From NCBI GenBank assembly GCA_977017575.1, contig CDRNVI010000003.1:558001-622000 (forward strand): a stretch of 64,000 bases of DNA, written 5' to 3'. Below are positions 21,683-32,963 of the stretch, piece after piece (within the stretch, counting starts at the first letter, position 1; each line of letters starts with the position of its first letter). A model generated the notes under the pieces. The model ran no database searches, had not been told where the DNA came from, and saw nothing but the letters and a program-made list of their open reading frames with translations. Origin of the DNA: Paramoeba atlantica. Its lineage: Eukaryota; Protista; Discosea. Both the position numbers and the translations under genes were made by a program.

Positions 21683-23493
21683 AATGTTCCAATGGTGCAA
21701 TAAGATCGAAAATCGAAATCAAAATTTGAACATACAGTGAAATCTGAACAACATAAAATTACAATGCTTTGCGTGTACCGTCACCCCCTTCACGTACATC
21801 TTCGAAAAAGTGGGAAAAGACTAAAATCAAAAGCGCTGTTACTACGGTAGCACAATACGCCCCCCCCACTCAAAAATCATGAAAACAGTAAGAGAAAGGG
21901 CCAGTAAGAGAATGGGATTTGGGTCAAAATGACCAAATCTCTCTTACTGGGGGGGCATGCTTTTTCGGGGGGAAATCTGGACCATTCATCCTAACTTGGG
22001 CTTTTGCACAGAATTGTTTCTAGAGGCGAGATTACGAGGCCGTAAGAAAGGTTTAAAAAAATCATTTTTTCACTTACCCGTGTTCCTAAATATTTATTTG
22101 CTATAAAATAGTCGGTAGCAAAAAAGGCTAACACTCCGTGGTACAAAGTCTATTTTCCTGCTGGATACATAGAACTCCAGCCCCTCCGTCTCTTATCCTT
22201 CCGGTATCTCTCCGTTCTTCCCCGTCTTCCTCTTCCTCTTCTTCCCGCTCTGCCTCCCCCCTCCTCTCTTTCTCTTCCTTCTTCCTCTTCTGCCTCTTTC
22301 TCTTCTTCACATTTTGTCTCTTCCCTTTCTCTCTCCACCTCCTTCCCCTTCTTTGCTTTTCTCTGCTATCCGTTCCAGCTTCTTATTATGGCACAAGCGT
22401 GATTCCCCGCAATGGAGCGATGCAGGGACACTGTCCGCATAAGGGATGCAACTAACAGCGTCATATGCGCAAGTTAGTTACATCCTAAAAATACTCTATC
22501 TTAAATGGTATGATATCATCATGCTATTTAAATTTCTTACTTAAAATGTATTTCCATGACGCGACACTTTCCCCGACGAACTCATGCCAATGCCCCGCAG
22601 GACTTCACAAGAGAACCACGCGGCGTTCCTACGCGAAACACTACCACATGTGACCATGTAAGCCTCTACTCCGAGCAGAAGATCTCGTCTCTAATGCCCG
22701 CATCACCACTCCACGACATCAAAGGTGCCACAATTTCCGGAAATGACGGCAACACTGTCCGTCACAGACGCCCCCTGCAAACACAAATGTTTGAACCAGA
22801 ACACGTGCCTTCATAAGTGTTGCAAAAGATATATGATTAACACGTATGACATAAAAACGAAAAGCTTCCTCGATTGTATGCAAGCAACAGTAGTAGTCTC
22901 GGGCGATTTGATCGGCCTTGTAGGAAAGGATAGGATCTCAGTCGGGGGAACGTGGGGGAGCTGGATTTTCATTGTTCCATCAAAAGATGCCAGACATGCG
23001 TTCGCCCGAACGGAATTCCGTCTCCTGCGCCAGTGGTGAATCTAGAGGGGTTATGCGGGCTTCATGTTGTGCATAATCTGTGTTTGTTTCCGTTCCCTAG
23101 CGGCATAGAGAACAGACTCACGAGGAAAAACTTTTACAAGACTTATTATCCGCGTGGTTCATAGATTCTGCCTCCTAGCCTGCACCGTCTTCCTTGCTTC
23201 CACAGCAAGGTAGCGACATAAAAGTGGTGGAAAGTAGTGGGGAAGATGAGCATTACGAAACAGTCAACCAACTCGTCAAAGACAGTGATATAGCAGGTGA
23301 AACAACACATGGATGGGAAGAACATACATGTATACTGTGACCCCCTTTAATGTCGACGCAAATTCGTTTCCCGTCTCTACTCCCAGGTCTCCTTTGATCG
23401 TAACACGTGAGAGACAATGCTTCCTATGAGAGATTCCGGTAGGAGACAAAATTCTGATAAGGCCAAGAAGCAGCACCATTTTATTACGCCGTC

Positions 23494-24024
23494 CTATCGT
23501 TCGTCATGTTGCTTGGCTAATGAAACCGTAAAGGGGGTTATTTTTTCCTTTCTGTGCGTCAAGAAAATTGGAGGAGTTGAAAAATATCCCGCCGTCTCAT
23601 GATTCTTGTACTGCAATTTTGCTTCTGCGAAGCTTAGCGGTTTTCCTTCAGTCCCGTTCTTTTCAGAAACGTTTTGTTCATTATTGCTTACAGTGAAAAT
23701 GGCATTCTCTTCTTCGGGTAAATTGTAGGCATCACCAGCGTCGGAAAAATCGTCGCCGCTTAACCGGGCGAGAAAACGGTCCTTTGCGCTCTTTCGAGTG
23801 TCTTCTACGCTCTGCCACTTTAACCTATTAATCCACGAGGACGCGGCTTGAGGTGACATTGTGGCTTGAGAATCGGTTGTTGACGCACGATCTTTTGATG
23901 ATTCAGCAACTCTCGAAGCTTCCCCTTCCGTCGGGTTTTCCGCTTGTTCCTTTATGGATCTTTCTTCATACCGCGTTCTGAACTTTTCTAGCATTGCTAG
24001 AGTCCGTGCTCTGTGCTCTTGCAT
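23494..24024 (-). CDS. Hypothetical protein (176 aa)
   Basis: ATG-initiated ORF on the gene strand, protein-like composition; no recognised domain. Confidence 0.6.
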   Translation of the reverse strand: MQEHRARTLAMLEKFRTRYEERSIKEQAENPTEGEASRVAESSKDRASTTDSQATMSPQAASSWINRLKWQSVEDTRKSAKDRFLARLSGDDFSDAGDAYNLPEEENAIFTVSNNEQNVSEKNGTEGKPLSFAEAKLQYKNHETAGYFSTPPIFLTHRKEKITPFTVSLAKQHDER

Positions 24025-24297
24025 TAGACATACGTAATAGTAAGTATGGTGATCCGGCAGAATCTACAACTAACTGCAACTTCAACACTTTATAACTGCA
24101 ACTCAATTTTCAATTGCTACAAAATATGAAAACCTAATCTATGAAAGAATCTTTTGGGATTGGAACAAAGTGTAACTATTCTGCTTTTGATGAACGAAAA
24201 CCATGTTCTCCAAGTAAACTCGTAAACAAGGAGAAATAGAAGTGAAGCAGCACACGAAAGGGTGCTTTGATGCTCGCACAAATTAGAAACGCAGCAA

Positions 24298-26622
24298 TTA
24301 TGCCGCATTGTTAGTCAAAATCTCCTCCAACTTTTGCAAAAATGTCTCAGTGTATGTATTTGATGCACGTATTTTTGTTGTCCATGGGTATTTCTGCACA
24401 ATATTCTGCACCCAATTTTGATGTTCTTCAGAACAATGCGAAAGTTTTGTTCCTGCTGTAGTGTAGAGCATGGACTTGCACACGAGACTTTGATGTATTT
24501 CCACCAGTTGAGCTACTATTTCTGAGCTAGTTTCCTCAACGAACAAAGTTGACTTCGACCGCCAAAGATCTAGATAGTGCAGCGTGGCCATTAAAGTGCT
24601 GTCAAGTTCAGTTTTTGAACTTTCCCATGCAAAACCCCTTTTCAACTTGAAGTATTCCCCTATCGGTCGACGAGACAGGGATTGTGATATGCCCGTTGTG
24701 TCTGAGTTTCGATAAAAGAGTTTAAGTTCTGCATCTTTCGCCACTGTGGCCAGTGATTCAGCGTAGGAATACCACATCATCGTTTCATACTCTGTCGCTT
24801 CTGATTCACATGATACCAAATCCTCATTCGCGTTCTTTTCGCGTAACAAGAAGAAGGGTCTACCAAGTGCTCCATTTAAAATGAACCTTGCATCATTCAA
24901 TTCTTCCTGTAACTGTCCTATTCGAACAATAGCCTCTCGCAGTCTGCTCAGCATTACTCGTAACGTTGCCTCACAGTTTCTAAGATTGCACCCAAGAAAG
25001 ACCCAAAAATAAGAACGTGTAAATAATTGTAGTTCTGTAACCTGGGATTCATTGGCGATGTGGTATTCTACAGTCTTGGTTATTTTCTCGGCCAAGACTG
25101 GAGCGTGCAACATCTCTTCACGATCCCATGAAGAATTTTGATAGCGGGTGTGCGTTAAACAATCGAACACGCTAAACATGTGCGCAAGCAGTGGTTCCAG
25201 CCGATCGCTCGGCATTGAATTGTTCCCCGCTGTGTGCGCCTCAATGAAATATTCTACAAGATGCTCATCACGAGCTGTATCACTCTGTATGTCACATAAT
25301 AAGTATAAAGGGGCTTCGAAAAGTCGTTCTGCGTCGCCTTCCCGGGCTTTATTTGCTTCCTTACAGTAGGCGGCTGATGCAACCTGCATAAGTGTCGAAT
25401 AGCCCTTATGTTGTGAAATGTCAAAAGGAAAACTATGCCCCATAAAGCTCATGTGCAAAACAGAAAACAAATGGGCCAAAAAAATTGTATCAAAAGCAGT
25501 CTGGTGAGTTATACCTACCGTGAGAGCTTCATGAATCCATTCTTTCTCGTTACATAACATGCCGCCCAAAAGCTTCACCATAAGCTGATCCCTTGGATTC
25601 TCATCCTTAGCATTTTCTATGCAACTGTGGACATCCCTAACGAGCCCTTCCTCCGCTTTCTCGAGCCATGATTCGATCCCACTATCGGACCACGATCCGA
25701 CCTTGTGAGCGGCGGACTTTTCACAATGGAGTTTACTGGAAACCTGTGTCTGTATATGAATAAGATGACATCGTAAAATTGCCCACAAACGGTCATACCA
25801 GAAATGAAACACCCCTTCCGTTGCGGCTATCTCCCCGCTGAGTAAACCACTTACACAACGATTTAAACGCTGTGTTGCCGCGGAGGTTTCCTCTGATCCT
25901 CTCATGTTCTGTGCGCCACGGGATTTTAACTCCTTCATGGTCCCCAGCGTTCGTACACGCTGAGCGTCATCCATCACTGTGCTGTTAAGCTCTTGGGTGG
26001 GATCCGTGGCGTATTCCCCGAACAGAGGAATCAGGGAGGCATTGGGGAACCATTTCGACAAGCCTGGGACGCGGCTGGGCTGTGCACACGTGAACACTGC
26101 CCCTCGCCATGCCGCTCCCTCCTCGGTACATTGTCTCGCGGCCCCTTGGAGATTTCCTTTTCGAATGTGCGAAATGACCGCATAGAGCAGCTGCTCTTCC
26201 TTTTCGTACCCTAGCCAGTTATTGTTCTTTAGGAATTGGGCCATAGAGGCCTTTTCTTTTTCCCGCAGTGATTTTGTGAACGCGGAGTCTTCGTGAGCTT
26301 CGTACCGAAAGAAGAGTTCCAGCCACCGACAGGCTAAAATCGCCCGTCGAAGGAAGGGACGTGTTTGGGCGAGATGTTGAAGCAAGACGATGTGCGGTAT
26401 AGTACGGGAACTGGCACTTGATGAGGATAGAGTAGGACTCCCCTTGTACATCTCTTCCTTTGTATTTTCCGCGTCATTTACAAAGAGGTACACCATATTC
26501 CAAATTATTTGAGCGAATTTATCCTGCTTCACATTAAGTAGGCGCTGCAGTGGCTTGGTGAGAGATGTCGTGACGAGTTTTGGTTCAAATCCATGCAAGG
26601 CGTGTGCGTATTCCAGGTTCAT
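24298..26622 (-). CDS. NUP107: Nucleoporin Nup107/Nup84 family
   Basis: HIRKGNLQGAARQCTEEGAAWRGAVF and FWYDRLWAILRCHL match conserved Nup84/107 blocks; 774-aa helical protein. Confidence 0.8.
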   Translation of the reverse strand: MNLEYAHALHGFEPKLVTTSLTKPLQRLLNVKQDKFAQIIWNMVYLFVNDAENTKEEMYKGSPTLSSSSASSRTIPHIVLLQHLAQTRPFLRRAILACRWLELFFRYEAHEDSAFTKSLREKEKASMAQFLKNNNWLGYEKEEQLLYAVISHIRKGNLQGAARQCTEEGAAWRGAVFTCAQPSRVPGLSKWFPNASLIPLFGEYATDPTQELNSTVMDDAQRVRTLGTMKELKSRGAQNMRGSEETSAATQRLNRCVSGLLSGEIAATEGVFHFWYDRLWAILRCHLIHIQTQVSSKLHCEKSAAHKVGSWSDSGIESWLEKAEEGLVRDVHSCIENAKDENPRDQLMVKLLGGMLCNEKEWIHEALTVGITHQTAFDTIFLAHLFSVLHMSFMGHSFPFDISQHKGYSTLMQVASAAYCKEANKAREGDAERLFEAPLYLLCDIQSDTARDEHLVEYFIEAHTAGNNSMPSDRLEPLLAHMFSVFDCLTHTRYQNSSWDREEMLHAPVLAEKITKTVEYHIANESQVTELQLFTRSYFWVFLGCNLRNCEATLRVMLSRLREAIVRIGQLQEELNDARFILNGALGRPFFLLREKNANEDLVSCESEATEYETMMWYSYAESLATVAKDAELKLFYRNSDTTGISQSLSRRPIGEYFKLKRGFAWESSKTELDSTLMATLHYLDLWRSKSTLFVEETSSEIVAQLVEIHQSLVCKSMLYTTAGTKLSHCSEEHQNWVQNIVQKYPWTTKIRASNTYTETFLQKLEEILTNNAA

Positions 26623-26793
26623 TTGGATATTGAAAATGCTATATGATATAATAAGTCAAATTTATCAGAGTTAGTCTGTTAAAAAATTCATATCCTGAAT
26701 TTACAAGCGATACAAATGAAACATGCTGGTATTCTTTGTCCTTTCGTATTCAAAGTTCGTATGGAGTTGTCATATACATGCTACAAGAATTTT

Positions 26794-28347
26794 TCATGTG
26801 CTAGCTTCCGAGGCGGTTTCAGCTTTCAAGGGGTTTTCTGGTGAAGCAAAGTAAAAGTTGTGAACTGCGTGTATTGCGGCCTCTTGCATTGATTCCTGAA
26901 GATCATATCCCTCACCAATTCCTAAGACATGTTCCCCAAACAGGAGTTCAGTTGCCATTAGTTTTTCACGTTGCGGTTGTTGTTCGGTCGTGTAATCCTG
27001 TGGAGGGTCATCATCCGCCGTGACGTACGCGGGACGAAACGATATTGGTTGTCCCTCTATCGACGCGGGTGCCAAGCCCGAGTACTTCACGATGAACTGT
27101 ATTTCCTTCAACGCGTTCGGCGGATCAACAATCTCAACCAGCACATCCGGAACATCCGGGAATCGCGCCTTACGCTTTACCATTTTTGAGCTCGTAAACA
27201 GCCGGGTGGAGGGCATACCCCCTGCGGAGCGCTCCGCTCTCCGTGCCACCTCGCGCTTCCTCTCCAACGGGTGTCTCCCGTCCTTTCCCCCTTTCCTCGC
27301 GACGGGAAACATCAACTTTCTCACCAACGCCCGCGCAAACACCTCTCCACGGATCAGGTACACATACCCCACCCACGCCCACACATGGTTACACAACCAC
27401 CTCACCCTTGGCAACAAATCCGGCAACTGCGCGGGGGACCGCCTCCGCAACTGCCGCGTGGCCGCGCCCAGCGCCCTTCGATAATGAAAAATCCTCTCCC
27501 CCACATTCCCCGACAGCACCTTATCCTGGGCCCTCCCCAGGGCCTGCCGCAGCCTTGCGCGTCGCAGCTGCAGCACCTGGAGCTCGCGCCACAGCCCCAC
27601 CTCGGTGGCCAGGCCCAGCACGCGGGCCATCCCGAGGCGCCCCGCGCAGCCCACCACGGGGGTGAGCCCACACACGGCCGCGGTGAGGGCCTCGAGGTGC
27701 GGCGCGCGCAGCCGTGGGAAGTGCCCCAGGAAGGTCTCGTGGAGGAACTCCTGGACGCGGCTGGAGCCGAGGAGGGTGAGGGGGCCGAGCGGGGGGTCAC
27801 GGAGGGTACGGCAGGTGAGGGCCTGGTACGTGCGGTAGGTGAGGGGGGTGTAGTGGGCGGGAGGGGTCGGGGAGGGGGGGTTGCGTAAGGGGTCAGAGGA
27901 GGAGGAGGGAGTAGTAGGAGTAGGTGTATCGGGGCGATGGCTACTCTTCGTACCGTTGCTGGTAGGATGTAGAGGCGTGGTTGTTAGGGTTGTGGTGCGA
28001 AGTAGGGGGTACCGGGCCTCACAGACGCGTAGGCAGTAGGCGTAGAGTGCGGACTGGGGGTGACGACTAGGGGTGCCTTTACGGGGGACGGGGTGCTGGG
28101 TGGCGTGTCGGGTGTCGTGGTAGCGTTGGTTGGAGGCGTCGACCCAGGGGACTCCGGTTTGGGTGGAGGGGGGACGGAGGAGGTCACGGTGAAGGGGGAG
28201 TAGGGTGCGTTTGTGTCGGACGTGGGGGTGGTAGGGGTGGCGGATACCGTGGGCTCGCTCGGCGCGGGTGCTGTACGGGCGTGGTCGGGATGAAGAGGAG
28301 TAGGGGAGGAGGGGTAGCAGAGGTGAGATCCGCCGTGTAGCGGACAT
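26794..28347 (-). CDS. Degenerate RNase III + dsRBD protein, likely mitoribosomal mL44-like
   Basis: Mitochondrial-type start MSATRRISPLL (ATG 28347); LGSSRVQEFLHETFLGHFPRL...LTAAVCG resembles the RNase III-like part; C-terminal VLGIGEGYDLQESMQEAAIHAVHNFY resembles the mL44 dsRBD end. Confidence 0.7.
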   Translation of the reverse strand: MSATRRISPLLPLLPYSSSSRPRPYSTRAERAHGIRHPYHPHVRHKRTLLPLHRDLLRPPSTQTGVPWVDASNQRYHDTRHATQHPVPRKGTPSRHPQSALYAYCLRVCEARYPLLRTTTLTTTPLHPTSNGTKSSHRPDTPTPTTPSSSSDPLRNPPSPTPPAHYTPLTYRTYQALTCRTLRDPPLGPLTLLGSSRVQEFLHETFLGHFPRLRAPHLEALTAAVCGLTPVVGCAGRLGMARVLGLATEVGLWRELQVLQLRRARLRQALGRAQDKVLSGNVGERIFHYRRALGAATRQLRRRSPAQLPDLLPRVRWLCNHVWAWVGYVYLIRGEVFARALVRKLMFPVARKGGKDGRHPLERKREVARRAERSAGGMPSTRLFTSSKMVKRKARFPDVPDVLVEIVDPPNALKEIQFIVKYSGLAPASIEGQPISFRPAYVTADDDPPQDYTTEQQPQREKLMATELLFGEHVLGIGEGYDLQESMQEAAIHAVHNFYFASPENPLKAETASEAST

Positions 28348-28759
28348 GCAGGAGAAAGGGAAGTGAGTGCTGGGAAGGTGGACGAGAAAGGTCAAGGAGC
28401 TCAAGTATTAGTTAGGTGTTCGAAGGGAACAGCTCATAAGATGAAAAATGATAATGAGCGAAAGTATGCTGAATAGCATCAAAGATACATATAAACACCT
28501 CGACAAGAATAAGGCACCCCCCCTTGATTTTCGCAAGCGGGGACCCATGGGGGTTGTAGCACCACTTTTTGGTTCCAAATTTTGAGATCTGTGTTCCCGG
28601 GGTTTTTAGCCTGTTTTAAGACTTTGAAAAAAAACGTTTGAGAAAATAATTTTTGAGAACTGGTTTTGTAAAATTATGGTAAAATCCAAGTACCGTACAC
28701 CATGGGGAGGGATGACACCCTGGGGAAAATATTATTGTGCACAAGTATAGTATGGTCAT

Positions 28760-29170
28760 AGTATTACTATGACAAAAGGTAAAAGAAATAAGTTGCTCCG
28801 CGTATGTTGGAGAAGGAATGGAAACGCAAAGTGTCGAAAGCGATTAAGCAGTTTGGCTCCTTATTTTTCGGCTAAGCAAAAGATGTCAAAGATGAAATTC
28901 ATGTTCTGGATTAAGCTATGTCAGAGGGTCGAAATGTCTAGTATAGCTTCCCAGTGTATGGTCAGCCGGGTGACTGCTTTTAATGGAAACGTCAACTTCT
29001 AAGATGGGTGTCGAAGGCCGTTGAAGAACGCAACAAGACTATACGGTTTTCGAACTCCTTCGGTTGATACTTGTTTGATCGATTTATACTTCTAAAATAT
29101 AATATAAATAGAAAGAACTGTGCCGTGGACGAAACCTTTCTGGCAGCAAGCAACGCTTCCGGGCGCTTTT
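28760..29170 (+). pseudogene. Merlin/IS1595(ISXO2)-like transposase remnant
   Basis: Frameshifted reading CWRRNGNAKCRKRLS...SIASQC...NCAVDETF, homologous to 48299-48840. Confidence 0.65.
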
Positions 29171-29719
29171 GCTGTCCCTTAAATCTGTTAAGAAAGAAAT
29201 TATTTTGACAGAAGGTGAGGAATCTTGTTCTGATTCATCTGAAGGAGAAGAAGCAGAAGATAACGAAGGTGAAGGAGATGACACGTGGAACAGAATAAAC
29301 GATTCATGTCGTAAAGCGGAAGCGAGTGTTCAAGATGAAAGCAATGTATTCTTTTAAAAAGTGGTTCAAAAATATTATGTTTGAAAGTGGGTAAAATATA
29401 AGTTGTCTGCACCCGGAAATGTATATCGAGCGCACTACATACTACAGTACACAACATGCGACGGTAGTTACGCCTCAAGATCATATTATATTGGATTGAA
29501 ACGTTTATGAAACTCTAGGAATAGTGATTCGGCGGTGTGAGTGTTAATTGGAATTCCCAAAAGCGAAGAATGCTTTAGCAGGGAATTGTACTCTAGTACT
29601 AAACGGTTCACACCTAAAAAAGATATTTAAAAAAGGGTTTTATAGAATCTTTGTGCGTGTAATTGTATTTGAAATTTTATGCCTTCACAAACTCCTCCAC
29701 CGGATTTTTATCACTTGGG

Positions 29720-30110
29720 AACACGGAGGCGAGGTTAGCGAGGGACGTGGTTAAAATCGGTCGGCAAATACTGACGCCTCGCGAATGTACTCGCATTTAT
29801 GCTTCTCTCCACTATGAGTATCACTATGTACTCACAGAAGTCCGGGGCCACATTATCGCCGTACATGACAGTCAGCGCTTACACGCGCCTGCTGCTGCTG
29901 CAAAGGCGAATGTAGATCGTTTAAAAAAATGTCTCATGAAGGTTCTGCTGGTAGATCGTCCCAATACGTACTCACTAGTATACACTAGTATACTCACTAG
30001 TATTTTGCTTGTCTACAACAGGAATCCGGGATCAAAGATTGTGCCCTACATGTCATCAACAATCTAAATAATGCTGTGCGTGATACGAAAAGTATTGTGA
30101 TCACTCGCAA
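29720..30110 (+). pseudogene. Ulp1/SENP-like cysteine protease remnant
   Basis: HYVLTEVRGHIIAVHDS (His, Asp) and, after a frameshift at a TACTCACTAGTA microduplication, CLQQESGIKDCALHVINNL (Gln, Cys). Confidence 0.55.
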
Positions 30111-30638
30111 TTTGTCCCTAACATTGACTAAAATGCTTGATGGAAATAAGTTTGGATCGCAGCAGATGACCCAATCCCAGCGGATACAACAATAAACCTT
30201 GGAGTCATTCAAATTAGAGCACCAGAAATTGGAGGTGAGCCAATTACTTGGAAGAAATGGATGCGTAACATTCTGAGAACCCACTTAGATGCGTACTTTA
30301 CATTACAAAATCATCCCACCTTCAACTCACCCATTAGTCGTTCGCACATTATTGCTTCAGCTATATTAACGCGTACCTTTATGGCCATGCACTCCAGGAC
30401 TAGATGGATAGCACGAAACACACAACGTCAAATTGCTACTGATCTTTCTAAAGAATGGTTTCCTCGAAAACAATAGTTTTGTTAAAAACTTGAACAAAAT
30501 ATTTTAAAAGGATATTGCTCATGCAGTATGTTTTTATGCTAGTATGTTTTTATGCCCCCCCTTTATACTTCCAATGGTACTGAAACCGGCAGAAGTATAA
30601 AGGGGGGGTGACAGTATACTATACATATATGATATATA

Positions 30639-31379
30639 CAGGGGTGTAAATTTGGATGTGGGGGGGTATAAAGTTTGTAAAACTTGGCCAATTTTGGAAA
30701 ATTATAGCGCATTCGAGAGCTCTCGAACTGGGCTCATGAACGTGCATGTACGGCATCTGCGTTAATTAGAATTTCGAGTGCACGTAAAAAAAATTAGTTT
30801 TTTTGGGAGGTAAAATTTTGCATTTTTCACAGTTTTTCTGATTTCTCCCCTGATTAATGCTACAAAGATGGGGTTGTGGGCCATCACCCGAACACAAAGA
30901 CTACGAAAGGGTTTATTCTTCGCCTGGACACGTAAAAGCAAGCTGGTGCATGGTTCTTGTTGCGGATTACGAAACAACACAATCTTTTTCGCGCTAAAAA
31001 ATCATGTTCCATAGTGGGCGACTCCAAAAATGGTTGAGCCCCTCGGAATAGTGCAGATTTGATTATTGCGATCGAAGCAGCGTTTCAAGGCCCATGAAAA
31101 TGCCATGAAGAGCTTTCGAAAGCGATGCTGTATTGTGATTGGGATTAATCGACGATAATAGCAATTATAATTTTTTTTTTCGATATTTGCTATTGTTTTA
31201 GAAAGTTGCAAATAGCTTTTGGGGGCGCTTTGTCTAGGGGGCAATACCCCCTTGTGCATAGTTCGGCCTTGTTACGTTCATGAGCCCTGTTCGGGAGCTC
31301 TCGAATGCGCTATTATTTTCCAAAATTGGCTAAGTTTTACAAATTTTAGACCCCCCCCACATCCAAATTTACACCCCTG
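30639..31379 (+). mobile_element. Tc1-like non-autonomous element with ~100-bp TIRs and TA duplication
   Basis: TA|CAGGGGTGTAAATTTGGATGTGGGGGGG...GGGCTCATGAACGT mirrored at 31274-31379|TA; internal broken Tc1 C-terminal reading (APRNSADLIIAIEAAF, NAMKSFRKR). Confidence 0.85.
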
Positions 31380-31470
31380 TACTATACATATATGATATAT
31401 ACTATACATATATATACTGTATATTAGTCTAGTAATAAACATATTACATGGAGAAGCAGTCGATAAATAT

Positions 31471-32340
31471 TTGGGTTCAGTGGGTTCAATGAACCACGAA
31501 ATAGGGTTCACTGAACAACTAGGTATGGAAATACGGAGCGTTCGAACCCTTGCTACCGGCCCACGGAAAACTGACACCAAAGGAAGTACTTCAAATGTTA
31601 TAAGGATTGGCATGCGCCATTTCGCAAGCGTATTCAGAGAGAAACGAGTCCATCGACGTACAGTAGACAGGTTTACCCAAACATTTGAACACCTAATGGC
31701 CTCTGTACACGATTTAAGTTTTGAAAAAATCCAAAGGCACTGTGGTGTACCTTCAAAAGGACGAGACCTTTGTCTCAAAGATCAAGATTAGCAGACACAA
31801 TAAGAGTAAGAGGGTCCGCAAAGGGGGTTCTACTGTGTATCACGTTCTTGTGAATTGTCATCGCATAGTAGACACTGAAGGAAGTATTCATCAGCCAATG
31901 CTCGATATCTTCGTTCGTGGCCTGCCCCAAAGAGATGGTCAAACGATGTTACAAGACGTGGAGCACTTGGCCAAGAACAAGCGAACCATCGTAAGTAACG
32001 ACGCACATCGTGCTAGCTTTGTGGTTGGTCGAAAATTTCAGAAAGATGGGGCGGGTGCACACTACGGCCAAAAATACGAAAACCTATCTTTTCGCTTCAA
32101 AAATTGAATACATAACTAATTGGCCGGCTAATTCTCCCGGCCTTAATCCTATTGAAAACGTGTGGGAAATGATTCAACAGTGTAAATGAAATGAATCCGT
32201 CTTGTACTATTTTTCTAGTTAAGTGCGTAAAGAAAGCTTTTGAGAATATTGGTGAATCTGAGCTTGACCGTACTGTTTTAAGTTTCGACAAAAGGCTGGA
32301 ATCTTGCAAAAAAATGGTGGCGAAAAAGTGAAAAAATAGT
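31471..32340 (+). pseudogene. Merlin-like remnant joined to a Tc1/IS630 C-terminal remnant
   Basis: LQKDETFVSK...PQRDGQTMLQDVEHL...TIVSNDAH (Merlin-like), then FQKDGAGAH and, after a frameshift, NWPANSPGLNPIENVW (Tc1). Confidence 0.7.
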
Positions 32341-32963
32341 AATACTAAATTCAACTTTTTTTGCATTTTATTTTCTCTATGATATGCGAAAACAAGCGTC
32401 ACCGAGATCTGCAAAATGCAACAAAAAATAGCCCAAACGAAGACTCTACGCAAAGCACTATTCGTTTGCTTTCTTTACTGTTTATCGCGTTTTTTCGATT
32501 CTATGATTTTTACTGGTGATATTATTAACCCCAACTGATAACTTTTAATGATAATCACGTTTTTAACATTTTAGCCAAATAACTTATCATACCTGTGACC
32601 TGCTACCATAACTGTGACCTCGTACCGGGGGGATATGCTAAACCGGACCCGTTTACAAAGAAATTTGCATCAAAAAAAATCAGATGAAATGCGCCACCTG
32701 CCGCCATCACTGAATCTACGCGGACTAGTTGAGGGTGGCATAGTTTGATGGGACGAAAAGTTTTCTTTTATGTCTGCAGTGATAAATGGTGACTAAATGT
32801 TGATTTGTTTTCATGGTGACGGTAACCCCTTTCGGTGTCTGAGTGAAAAGCTTGAATAGAGTACATACTATGCACTCGAGTCAAGGATAGAAGTTTCATC
32901 ACCTACATGAGATGGTAAAAATTGATGGTGAGAATTGGTAAATTTCTCCTTTTTTTACCTCTA

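Noticed and set aside
30617-31401. 22-bp target-site duplication around the Tc1-like element
   Set aside because: The flank is a pre-existing ~20-bp tandem repeat with a third partial copy; an ordinary TA duplication explains it.
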